From: Dehalococcoidia bacterium
GTDB taxonomy: Bacteria; Chloroflexota; Dehalococcoidia; Lucifugimonadales; UBA3495
Direction of reading: 5' to 3'
NCBI GenBank assembly: GCA_965197545.1
Contig: CBDANJ010000008.1
Coordinates: 1,317,035 to 1,381,034 of the forward strand
DNA length: 64,000 nucleotides
In this document: piece by piece, positions 9,754-18,305 of the stretch
Layout of the letters: the number at the start of each line of letters is the position of its first letter
Numbering within the stretch: position 1 is the stretch's first letter
The notes under the pieces: generated by a model
Seen by the model: the letters and a program-made list of their open reading frames with translations, nothing else
What the model was told of the DNA's origin: nothing
Databases searched by the model: none
Made by a program: the position numbers and the translations under genes

Positions 9754-9792
9754 ACCGGTTGGACAAGGCTTTAGTTTAGACCGGTTGGACAA
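9741..9792 (+). repeat. 26-bp perfect tandem duplication spanning the IS630 right end/target junction
   Basis: GGCTTTAGTTTAGACCGGTTGGACAA x2 (9741-9766, 9767-9792). Confidence 0.9.
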
Positions 9793-10995
9793 GTTTGTCG
9801 AGAACGTGCTGATACCAGCCCACACCCGTGGCTCAGACCGGAGAGACAACCGCGAGTACACACGTTTGCTGAACCAAGCGGCCCGCCAGAGGAAGCGGGG
9901 GAACCACGCCAAGGCACTGCAACTGCGCAAGCAAATGCAACAACTGCCATCGCGTGACCCCTACGACCCCGGCTACCGCCGGTTACGGTACGTGCGCTAC
10001 GCGGACGACTTCGTGCTGGGTTTCATCGGGCCAAAGGTCGAAGCCCAACAGGTGAAAGAGTCCTTGGAGACGTTCCTGCGCGACTCGCTCAAGCTGGAGC
10101 TATCCAAGGAGAAAACTCTCATAACCCACGCCACCAGCCAGGCGGCGCGGTTCCTCGGCTACGAACTCGTGAACCAACAGGCCAACGACCAGTTTGACCG
10201 CAATGGTCGGCGCAGGGTCAACGGCCAAATCGGATTGCGGGTCCCCGCCGACGTCATCGAACAACACTGCCAAGCCTACATGCGCAAAGGCAAACCGGCA
10301 CACCGCAGTTACCTACTCCACGATGAAGATTACTCCATCGTGGCACAGTACCAGTCGGAGTTCCGGGGCGTCGTCAACTACTACCTTCTGGCCTACAACG
10401 TCTCCCATTTCGGGCGACTGCAATCGGTCATGGAGATGTCTTTGGCACGGACCCTTGCGGCAAAGCACAAGTCCACCGCACGGAAGATGCGACGCCAGTA
10501 CAAGAGCGTCGTGGAAACCGAGCACAGGCCGCGTGTCTGTCTCAAGGTCGTCAAGCAACGGGACAACGGCAAGCCACCTCGCGTGGCATATTTCGGTGGC
10601 ATCCCCCTGAAACGGCAACGGCAGGCCGTCCTAGTAGACCAACAGCCTCAACGGTACAGGAGCGGCCGCAACGAGCTTATCAAACGGCTCGAAGCGGACG
10701 AGTGCGAGGTGTGCCACTCAACGGTGAAAGTAGAAATTCATCACATCCGCGCACTTCGCGACCTGAACGTGAAAGGCCAACGGGAAAAGCCCAAGTGGGT
10801 ACAAATCATGGCGGCGCGAAAACGCAAGACCCTCGCGGTCTGCCGGACGTGTCACATGGACATCCACCACGGGCGCAAGTAATCCGCAATCGCAGCGGTA
10901 GTTAGTGTCCTCGGCTTAGGCAAAAACCAAAGTCGGGCCAGAGCCTTTCCTCCAACAATGTATTGGGCTACGGTATCCGGCAGAGGTGATAAAGC

Positions 10996-11196
10996 ATGAG
11001 CAAAGATATGCAGACCCGTATAGGCATAGGAATCGCGCTCGGAACCGGGGTAGGCGCGGCCATAGGCGTAGCCATCGGCGTGTCACTCGGCGATATCTTC
11101 CTGGCGATCGGCGTGGCAATCGGTGGGGGGACCGGCGCGGTGATAGGAATTGCCGTGGCGGTGGCGCTTGGGCGCAGAAATGGTGACACTTCCTAG
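10996..11196 (+). CDS. small glycine-zipper membrane protein (66 aa) inside intron domain IV
   Basis: GAGGTGA 7 nt before ATG; ...IGIGIALGTGVGAAIGVAIGVSLGDIFLAIGVAIGGGTGAVIGIAVAVALG...; two predicted helices of GxxxG repeats. Coding status unproven. Confidence 0.4.
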   Translation: MSKDMQTRIGIGIALGTGVGAAIGVAIGVSLGDIFLAIGVAIGGGTGAVIGIAVAVALGRRNGDTS

Positions 11197-11223
11197 ACAC
11201 TACCGCTTTGTAAAGACACTGGA

Positions 11224-11257
11224 GAGCCGGATGCGGTGAAAGCCGCACGTCCGGTTC
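11224..11257 (+). ncRNA. group II intron domain V
   Basis: GAGCCGGATGCGGTGAAAGCCGCACGTCCGGTTC, canonical 34-nt DV with GAAA loop and AGC triad. Confidence 0.9.
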
Positions 11258-11320
11258 GGAGGGGGGCCGACGGAAAAGTGCCCTGAGCAATCAGGGTAAC
11301 TCGCCGGCGGCCTACCCTAC

Positions 11321-12860
11321 TCGGCGCCGCCGCCGCCCACGCCGCCGGCTTCCGGCGCATGTTGATCCTCTGCCCGCCTCACCTCACCCGAAAGTGGAAG
11401 CGGGAGGTGGAGGACACGGTGCCCGGCGCCCGGGCTGCCATCGTCGCCTCCATCACCGACCTGGAACGGCTGCGGCTGTCCGTGGGTCCCGCTCCCCTCT
11501 TCGCCATCATGTCCCGGGAGCGGGCCAAGCTGTCCTACCGCTGGCAGCCCGCCGTGATCCAGCGCTGGGCCGCCGCCGGGGGCCGGCTGGTGCGGGACGA
11601 GCAGACCGGCGAACCCTTCCAGGTGCCCTGCTGCCCCCGCTGCTACGCCCAGGTGGTGGACAAGGACGGCGTGCCCCTGACCAACGAGGAGTTGTCCCGC
11701 AAGCGTCGCAACTGCGACCTGTGCAGGTCCGCCCTCTGGCAGGCCGACGGCTCCGGTCCCCGGCGTTATCCCCTTGCCGACTACGTGAAGCACCGGATGA
11801 AGGGCTTCTTCGACCTGCTGATTGGCGACGAGGTCCATGAGTACAAGGGCCGCGGCTCCGCCCAGGGCATCGCCGCCGGGGTCCTGGCCGACTCCTGCGG
11901 CAAGTCCCTCACCCTTACCGGCACCCTCACGGGCGGCTATTCCTCAACCCTGTTCCACCTGCTCTACCGCTTCTCGCCGGAGATTCGGACCGAGTTCGCT
12001 CGCTCCGAGGAGGGCCGCTGGATACAGCGGTACGGCTTCCTGGAGCAGACGGTGCGCCACTCCGACGACGGCGACTCCTTCGAGGACGGGCGCAACAGCC
12101 GCCGCAAGGGATACCGCAAGACGGTCAGGGAAAGGCCCGGCCTGGCTCCCTCGGCCCTCTTCCACCTGATCGGCAACAGCGTGTTCCTGCGCCTCTCCGA
12201 CGTGGCCTCGGGGCTGCCGTCCTACGAGGAGCAGGTGCTGCTGTCGGGCATGGACCGGGAGACGGACTTTACCGGCTTCTCCCAGCGCAAGGCCTACGAC
12301 CTGGTGTTCGACACCCTGCGGCAGGCCCTGGCCGAAGCGTTGGCCAAGGGTTCCAAGCGGCTCCTTGCTACGTACCTGCAAACCCTGCTGGCCTACCCCG
12401 ACGGCTGCACCGGGGGGAGACGGTCTTCGACCCCCAGACCGGAAACATCCTGGTGCAGATGCCGCCCCTGTCCGAGGACAAGCTCTACCCGAAAGAGCAG
12501 GCCCTGGTGGACCTGGTGGCGGCGGAAAGGCTGGCGGGCCGGAAGGTGCTGGTCTACGCCACCCACACGGGAACGCGGGACATCACCGAGCGGATGGAGC
12601 AGTTCCTGACTACGCACGGGTTCAGGGTGGCGGTGCTCAAGGCCGACTCGGTGGCCCCGGACCGCCGGGAGTCCTGGGTGGAGGAACGGGTCAAGCAGGG
12701 GGTGGACGTGGTCATCTGCCATCCCCGCCTGGTGCAGACCGGGCTGGACCTGATCGACTTCCCGACCCTCTGTTGGTTCGAGACGGAGTTCTTCGTCTTT
12801 CAATCAACAGAAAAAAGTACGGTTCTCATGGGCAGTCGATATGGATGCGGTTGGGGTTGA
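11321..12860 (+). pseudogene. DEVH-box helicase, exon 2; frame broken at a G6 run and 3' end replaced
   Basis: Joins exon 1 as ...GTGKTF|IGAAAAHAAGFRRMLILCPPHL...; DEVH at 11827-11838; frame slips at GGGGGG 12412-12417. Helicase-C block ...VLVYATHTGTRDITERM...ICHPRLVQTGLDLIDFPTLCWFETE follows, then composition changes near 12795 and a stop occurs at 12858-12860. Confidence 0.75.
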
Positions 12861-13288
12861 ATAGGTGGCAGCGGGCTGGGGAGAACACCGACCTCCGACC
12901 TTTGTCCGATAGAAAGGCAAGTCTGTCCGCCGCTCTATGGGTTCAAGTCTTCTTAGGTGGGCCTGCACATACCGAATTGCGAACTTTTCGGTGGGAAGTC
13001 CTGATATAAGGAGTCGCCTTGCCTACATCGGCTTAGCCTACACCGACCTCCAGACTACGATGAAGGTGCATAGTCATACCAATGCCGATGGCCGCGCCTA
13101 GCCCCTCCCCAACATTGCGCTTGTCCAGTCTACATTTCGTCTTAGACGCTTAGCTTCTGTGAAAATAATAGATTTCATGCTTGGGCCACGGTTTTTTCGC
13201 TATGTACCTCCCTAACACCCGTCTAACCGCTGATGGTCGGGTCTAAGTGTGCCCGCGGGGTTGTTTGGCTCCTCGCCTATGAGGCTGA

Positions 13289-14371
13289 CTAATCGTCCCT
13301 GAATAGATTTAGCTGTCGCGGATTCGGCAAGTCTAGGATTGGGGTGTTTGCCCTGTTTAGCCGCGACGATACCCATTCGGGTGTACCGATAGCTACTCCA
13401 GTTTCAGCCGAGATCATCTCCAATATTGCGGTACGACGTTTGTCTCCTATGCCGTCCCACCAATCGGGGTTCACGACTAGAGCGTCGGCGAAGCGTAGGA
13501 TACATTGCGAGACCATTTCCTCCTGCTTCTTTCCCTGTGCCCTTCTTTGTAGCGCTATGCGCTGTTCCATGACTCCCCGTTGCCCGCCAAAGTAATGCCA
13601 TATTACGTCGTGACCGGTACCGTCAGCCCGAGGGACCACGTTCAGACCCCAATTCTCGTGACCTCGTAAGCCCAGTGAAAACGTAGAAGCTGCTAGTTTG
13701 GGCTTCCCTTTCAGGGGAATCACTGTATGAGTTACGAAACTGCACTGGATCCCGTTGCATTCCGCACAATTCTCGGGTTCCAAGCAATTCTGAAGGTTCT
13801 GTTCATAATAATTTAGACTTTCAAGACTTTCGTTGAGAATGGAAAAAACGCCGGTTTTGAGGCCATCAGCTCTTGGAACATTGTGAAGGGAGGAGCCAAT
13901 AGCCTCAGACTCTTTCAATGCGTATCTGCGAGACTCCACCCTCCATTGCTGTGCTAAGACTGACCTGTAAACTGCCCAGTTTAGGTTCCTAAGGCTATAG
14001 TCCTGTGTTTCAGTTAAGTTGTCTACATTGTTGAAGCATACGTCGTGAGCGCGGCATAGGAACTTGTAACGTTGAGCTTTCTCTGTGTCACACTGCTTGG
14101 GGTCAATTGGTATGGGCCTTCGTCCGCGCGGAGTGTCGGAAAATCTCAAATCCCTCAGCAAGTAATTCCAGGCTGAAGGGTAAAATTCAATTACCCTTTT
14201 GTCAGTTTCTATTGCCCTCATCCAGAAACTCGCTAAGGCATGTGCCCTGATCGCAGTACCGTCGCAATTGGGCCATAGGCAACCCCTGTCGTATGAGAGT
14301 CCGGCAGTAAGTTGAGCCAAGCGTTGGAGCTTTGGCTTTTGACTATCCGGTACGAAGTCCTTGAATTTCAT
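13289..14371 (-). CDS. hypothetical Cys/His-rich protein (possible HNH-like nuclease), last gene of a low-GC operon
   Basis: ORF opens at TTG 14449; first ATG at 14371 (MKFKDF...). GCLWPNCDGTAIRAHALA and YKFLCRAHDVCFNN loosely resemble His-Me finger elements; no family recognised. Confidence 0.45.
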   Translation of the reverse strand: MKFKDFVPDSQKPKLQRLAQLTAGLSYDRGCLWPNCDGTAIRAHALASFWMRAIETDKRVIEFYPSAWNYLLRDLRFSDTPRGRRPIPIDPKQCDTEKAQRYKFLCRAHDVCFNNVDNLTETQDYSLRNLNWAVYRSVLAQQWRVESRRYALKESEAIGSSLHNVPRADGLKTGVFSILNESLESLNYYEQNLQNCLEPENCAECNGIQCSFVTHTVIPLKGKPKLAASTFSLGLRGHENWGLNVVPRADGTGHDVIWHYFGGQRGVMEQRIALQRRAQGKKQEEMVSQCILRFADALVVNPDWWDGIGDKRRTAILEMISAETGVAIGTPEWVSSRLNRANTPILDLPNPRQLNLFRDD

Positions 14372-14463
14372 CTCTGCCCCGGAGTGCGCCTGTGTAAACG
14401 CGTGGAGTCGGCCAGTGGGACTCAGTCTGGTATAAGGACGGTGGTACAAAGTTCAGTCTGTTA

Positions 14464-14724
14464 TCAACTCAGTCCCGCAAGGCCGAAAAAAGTGGGCTTA
14501 AGGGGACTGTTCACAGTACCACCTTTGAGTTGGTAGTGGGCCTGTAGATCCCTTAAGCGGACAGCGTGATTGTTAAGCTCCTCCGTTATATATGGCAACG
14601 TGAACTCGTCAACACTGCCTTTGCCCCAAGGATGTGCATCTGGAGCCGACTGTCGAGTTCGCCTCTCACATTCCCTTGCATATGAAGGTGCCACAAGTAA
14701 TTGTACTAGGTGGGCAGTTGTCAA
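14464..14724 (-). CDS. hypothetical protein (86 aa)
   Basis: ATGA overlap with the upstream gene (14721-14724); same AT-richer composition. Confidence 0.4.
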   Translation of the reverse strand: MTTAHLVQLLVAPSYARECERRTRQSAPDAHPWGKGSVDEFTLPYITEELNNHAVRLRDLQAHYQLKGGTVNSPLKPTFFGLAGLS

Positions 14725-15518
14725 ACATCTAGCTCAGCAACGGCGAATGACTGCAATGCGGCCGCGACATGGATCGCTAGCTCCGCTCGTGGTCCCGTGG
14801 GTTCATTGCCACCTATGGAAGCGTGCCTAGCACCGACAGTTCCGCTGCCTTGGCTGTAGAGCGCACCGAATAGTCGCTTGATTCCACCGGGCAAGTCGGG
14901 CCGCAAATTTTCACTGACTATGGTGGGAAGTGCCACGCTTGGACGGTCGAAGATAACCTGCAGTACCCCCTCGACGGAATTAACGGCCTCCTTGATGGCA
15001 TTGGGCCAATCGGGAGGCAATCTGTTTCTGAACTCGTAAGCACGTTCGAACTGTCGGCGAGGCTCGTCAAATTTCTCATCCTCCAGGGCGGTCCTAGCAT
15101 CATTGACCGCACCATGGAATTCTTCCGTGCCTACACGGACCAGATTCCCCGAGTCAAAACGGTACCCGATTCCTTCGTCTGCAAGAATTCCATTAGTTGC
15201 TTCGTAGTATGGCTCAACTTCCTGCTCGGGCAAGAACCTAGGAATTCGCTCCAACGCATCGAAGAACTTATACCAAGGCCCTGTCTGAATCAGTTGTGAT
15301 ACCTCAAAATCAACATTTGGATAATCACTCCAGTTATTTTGGTCTGGAGTGATTCTGAGTGCGCTACATAGGATTTGTCGCTGTGCTGTCGGCCTTTGGT
15401 AACCCAGAACATGCAGCACCTCACGAATTCCAATGCGGATGGCATCGGGAGCGTCGTCATACACCAAGTTGGTTCCATTCCTAAAGCCTTCACGCAAAGA
15501 GAATGGTTGATTTGTCAT
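14721..15518 (-). CDS. AbiJ-N-terminal-domain / Abi_C-like protein (putative abortive-infection component)
   Basis: N-terminus MTNQPFSLREGFRNG...DDAPDAIRIGIREVL fits my memory of the AbiJ NTD pattern (FSxRxG...LRxxLW). C-terminus ...LFGALYSQGSGTVGARHASIGG... resembles the Abi_C/HEPN-like conserved GxRH region. From memory only. Confidence 0.4.
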   Translation of the reverse strand: MTNQPFSLREGFRNGTNLVYDDAPDAIRIGIREVLHVLGYQRPTAQRQILCSALRITPDQNNWSDYPNVDFEVSQLIQTGPWYKFFDALERIPRFLPEQEVEPYYEATNGILADEGIGYRFDSGNLVRVGTEEFHGAVNDARTALEDEKFDEPRRQFERAYEFRNRLPPDWPNAIKEAVNSVEGVLQVIFDRPSVALPTIVSENLRPDLPGGIKRLFGALYSQGSGTVGARHASIGGNEPTGPRAELAIHVAAALQSFAVAELDV

Positions 15519-15520
15519 TG

Positions 15521-15742
15521 TCAGCCCCCTCGCAAGCTAATCAGAGCCGATGATAGCACAGGCACGAAGTTTGAATATGAGATATTTCCCGTCCCCTTTA
15601 ACTCATACTTGGGGATGGCAGGTTCGTTGAATATGCACTCGAGGAAAATCACCGCAAATGCCATCCCACTGAGGCGTAGGCTGGGAGAATCCTCGGCTGT
15701 AGCGGTCTTTTCCATGACCGCTACAGCGTTTAGGGAACCCAA
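15521..15742 (-). CDS. hypothetical protein (73 aa)
   Basis: Stop 2 nt before the next start; 6 nt after the upstream stop. Confidence 0.35.
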   Translation of the reverse strand: MGSLNAVAVMEKTATAEDSPSLRLSGMAFAVIFLECIFNEPAIPKYELKGTGNISYSNFVPVLSSALISLRGG

Positions 15743-15748
15743 GACGGG

Positions 15749-15970
15749 TTACCGCCTCAGGAATAAAGGCGACAAAACACCTCCAGCGGCTCCCAAGGCG
15801 AAAACATAGACGGTGAGCGATTCGTAACCCGTCCACACTTGCCCTGGCCAAATCCGCGGGACACCGTGTTCCCACCCGACAATCCAAATCCCTGCGGCGA
15901 AGATTCCGCCAATTAATATCCTATCGACTAACTCTCGCGGCGCACCCACGCCAGTTAGTCCCCTCTGCAC
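15749..15970 (-). CDS. small two-helix membrane protein (73 aa)
   Basis: ...ILIGGIFAAGIWIVGW...LTVYVFALGAAGGVLSPLFL; first ORF of the tight five-gene set. Confidence 0.4.
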   Translation of the reverse strand: MQRGLTGVGAPRELVDRILIGGIFAAGIWIVGWEHGVPRIWPGQVWTGYESLTVYVFALGAAGGVLSPLFLRR

Positions 15971-16389
15971 GGCCCGGATACGGGCATAGACATGCTGAAT
16001 ACAAAGTCCTGGAAGCTCACTCGAACTCTCCTTGCCTCCGGCAGTGATGTTCCGGAGGCCTTCATTAATCTCGACGTGTTACCAACGCGCCGTTTCAAGG
16101 AGAGCTTTAGATCATTCCAGTTGAGGCATTTCGCCTGCGCTGAATCCCGCCCGCGAGACTCCGACTTGCTGGGGCCGGACGACTTGAGCTTGTCTTCCGG
16201 CTAGAAAGTACAATCGTGTGGGAGCGTCCCACCCCATCTTCCTCCAAAGCCGAACTAATGCCGGCAACTTCCCGAGGAGGCAAGCGGCCATAGAAAGGGT
16301 GGCTATCCTCAGCCAGTCCAAACTGCTGAGAAGACAGAAGATGCCAAGGATAGCTAAGGTCAGCAACACATGGGACTGGACAAATACCA

Positions 16390-18202
16390 CTAGAAACTGG
16401 GCCGGAAAGTCCTGGTTGGGTAGGGGAATTTGGGCAGTAAAGCCGATGTGAGCAGAATCACGGACCACAGTTGTCCGAGCCGGACCTCGCAGAAATTGGC
16501 CGCAGCATGGGCGACAACAAAGGGGACAATATTGAAGACGACGCTGCGGCCTGTTGCGCCGCCGCCGGTACGGCCCGACCACCCGAGTTTCCCGGCCGCC
16601 AGGGTCAGGTTGGCTACTGTGGCAGCCAGATACAGCTGGAACCTGGTCTTGACCCTGCCGAAATATCGGGACTGGCGAATGCCCAACTGGACCAGTCGGG
16701 CCAACCGGTGTTCCACCACCACCCGGCGCACTCGATATTCGTCATAGTGAGTGCTTTGCTGCAACGCTCGGGCCTGCTGCAGCAGGGCTTCCTGGGGATG
16801 GAGCAGCACCCGCCGCCCCCTGCTCCCCTTGGCTGCGATGCACTGGGACCGCAGTGGACATGTCCGACATTCGGCCCCGTCGAACTGGAAGGCCTGCAAG
16901 CGGTGGACCCGCCCCGTGCGACCCGTCCGCTTTCCCGCCGGCACGATGGTGTGGGTAACCTGTCCCGCCGGACAGGTGCAACTGCCCGCGGCCAGGTCGA
17001 TGACAAAGTCATCCTTGGGAAAGTGCTTCCGGTCGGGCCTTCCCGGCACTCTGGCCACCAAACAGCGTCCCGCATCGGCGAAGGCCTGCCTGGTATCGCC
17101 GTCCCCATAAGCGGCATCGCCCATGGCTTCCTCCACCGGCACACCGGTGTTGGCCTCGCTCTGCTCCACCAATTCCAGCGCCCCCAGGTTGTCCGGAGCG
17201 TTGCCGGGCAATACCTCCACCGCGGTGATCAGCTGGGAGTCGGTGTCCACCACAATCGCCGCCTTGTGGCCGTCAAACCGTCTACTGCTGCTCTTGCGGC
17301 CGTGGCGCATCTCCGGGTCATGCACCGACATCATCCGGTCCCGGCTCACCCCGTCCTTGAGATTCACTCCGTCATCGGCCCGCTCCACGTCCTGGAGCAG
17401 CAACTGCCCCAGCAGTTCCGCTGCGGCCACTATCTGCTGCCGCTCAGCGCTGTCATCCCCCAACTCCCCCTGCGCCCGCCGCGACAACTCCAGCAACCGG
17501 TCCGCGTCAGCTACTATCAAGGACAGCAGCGCCGTCCGGTCCCGTTTGTTGCTCCAGTCGATGGCGGCCTCGCCCTTGATGCTGGAGGCAAGGTACCGCC
17601 CATATCCCCGGGCCTTGGCCCATTTCCCGACGCTGATTCCCTCAACCTGCGACAGCGCCCGCAGCAGTTTGACGATCCCGTCCGCCAACAGGTTGTAGGT
17701 GTCCTTCACCGCGCCCCGCCCCAGGATGTTGGTCGTGTCCAATGCCACCCGCATCCCGCGCCCTTTCAGATACCCCGACTCCCGGGCCAGTCTCAGACTG
17801 GACTCGAACACCTCCCGCACCTTGCCGTGCAGGATCAGCTGGGCGCGGAACACCTGCAGCGTGCTCTTGGCGAAGGGCCGGTCTTCCGCCTCAATTCCCA
17901 ACGCCACCCCCGGTCGTGGCCGGGGGCAGGCTCTTCCAGCGGAGGTCAAAGTCGGCCCGGGCCTTGGCCTCGGCGTCGCTCACCTTGTCGTGGGACTGCA
18001 ACAGCAGCGCCGTCGCCAGCAGGCTGGGCGGCACGCTGTCCCGGCCGTTGTCGGGGCAGTAGAACTCGGCGAAATCCGCGTCTCGGAACAGCCGGCCCCG
18101 CAGCGACGCCAGAAGACCGTAGAAGCTTTCCCGCCCCACATGGTCCAGATACAACCGATCCGCTTCCCAGAACCCTCTCTGGTCCGAACGCTCTCCCAGC
18201 AT
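16390..18202 (-). pseudogene. IS1182-family transposase, frame broken only by a 25-nt micro-insertion
   Basis: N-terminal part ...SVPPSLLATALLLQSHDKVSDAEAKARADFDLRWK then 25 nt (17908-17932) then VALGIEAEDRPFAKSTLQVFRAQL...; CTCPAGQ...CRTCPLRSQC block; stop lies in the IR. Confidence 0.8.
17908..17932 (-). repeat. AGCCTGCCC-hairpin micro-insertion, copy 1 (25 nt)
   Basis: Minus strand: ..TGGAAG|AGCCTGCCCCCGGCCACGACCGGGG|GTGGCG..; stem CCCCCGG/CCGGGGG. Confidence 0.8.
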
Positions 18203-18305
18203 TCTCAGCCCTCGCTATGCTTGTTGACCCCAAGTATAGCCAATTGCCCGGCTACCGCCACTTTCCGGCCAGATTTCTAGGGCCTCCCGCGGGATGCGAC
18301 GGCGT

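Larger units (their letters stand above)
7857..10882 (+). pseudogene. group II intron reverse transcriptase/maturase with HNH domain, interrupted by IS630 and a 26-bp duplication
   Basis: RT blocks ...IPKPNGKTRALGIPTWTDKLLQEV...GFRPNRGCHTAL...GTPQGGIVSPILANIYL | IS | DRLDKFVE...RYADDFVLGF...; C-terminal CEVCHS...HHIRAL...CRTCHMDIHHG. Confidence 0.85.
7348..11320 (+). mobile_element. group II intron (with an IS630 element nested in its ORF)
   Basis: 5' GTGCG 7348-7352. EBS1 TGAAGG 7622-7627 is complementary to the last 6 exon nt CCTTCA 7342-7347. EBS2 TCTTGCC 7564-7570 is complementary to GGCAAGA 7335-7341. Canonical 34-nt domain V at 11224-11257; 3' end ...CCTACCCTAC; exon frame is restored across the junction. 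3' boundary +/-3 nt. Confidence 0.85.
16390..18280 (-). mobile_element. IS1182-family insertion sequence
   Basis: Terminal inverted repeats CTAGAAACTGGGCCGGAAAGT (16390-16410) and ACTTTCCGGCCAGATTTCTAG (18260-18280), 18/21 match; no obvious target duplication. Confidence 0.8.

Noticed and set aside
10986-11186. Alternative-frame 66-aa ORF overlapping the glycine-zipper ORF
   Set aside because: It is an Arg-rich low-complexity translation of the same GC-rich repeats with no ribosome-binding site. The glycine-zipper frame has an SD-like site and a membrane-protein-like sequence.
12900-12970. tRNA-like T-arm sequence (..ATGGGTTCAAGTCTTCT..) that might mark a tRNA or att site at the island junction
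   Set aside because: The flanking bases do not form a T stem, and no acceptor or anticodon stems could be drawn. At most it is a degraded fragment.
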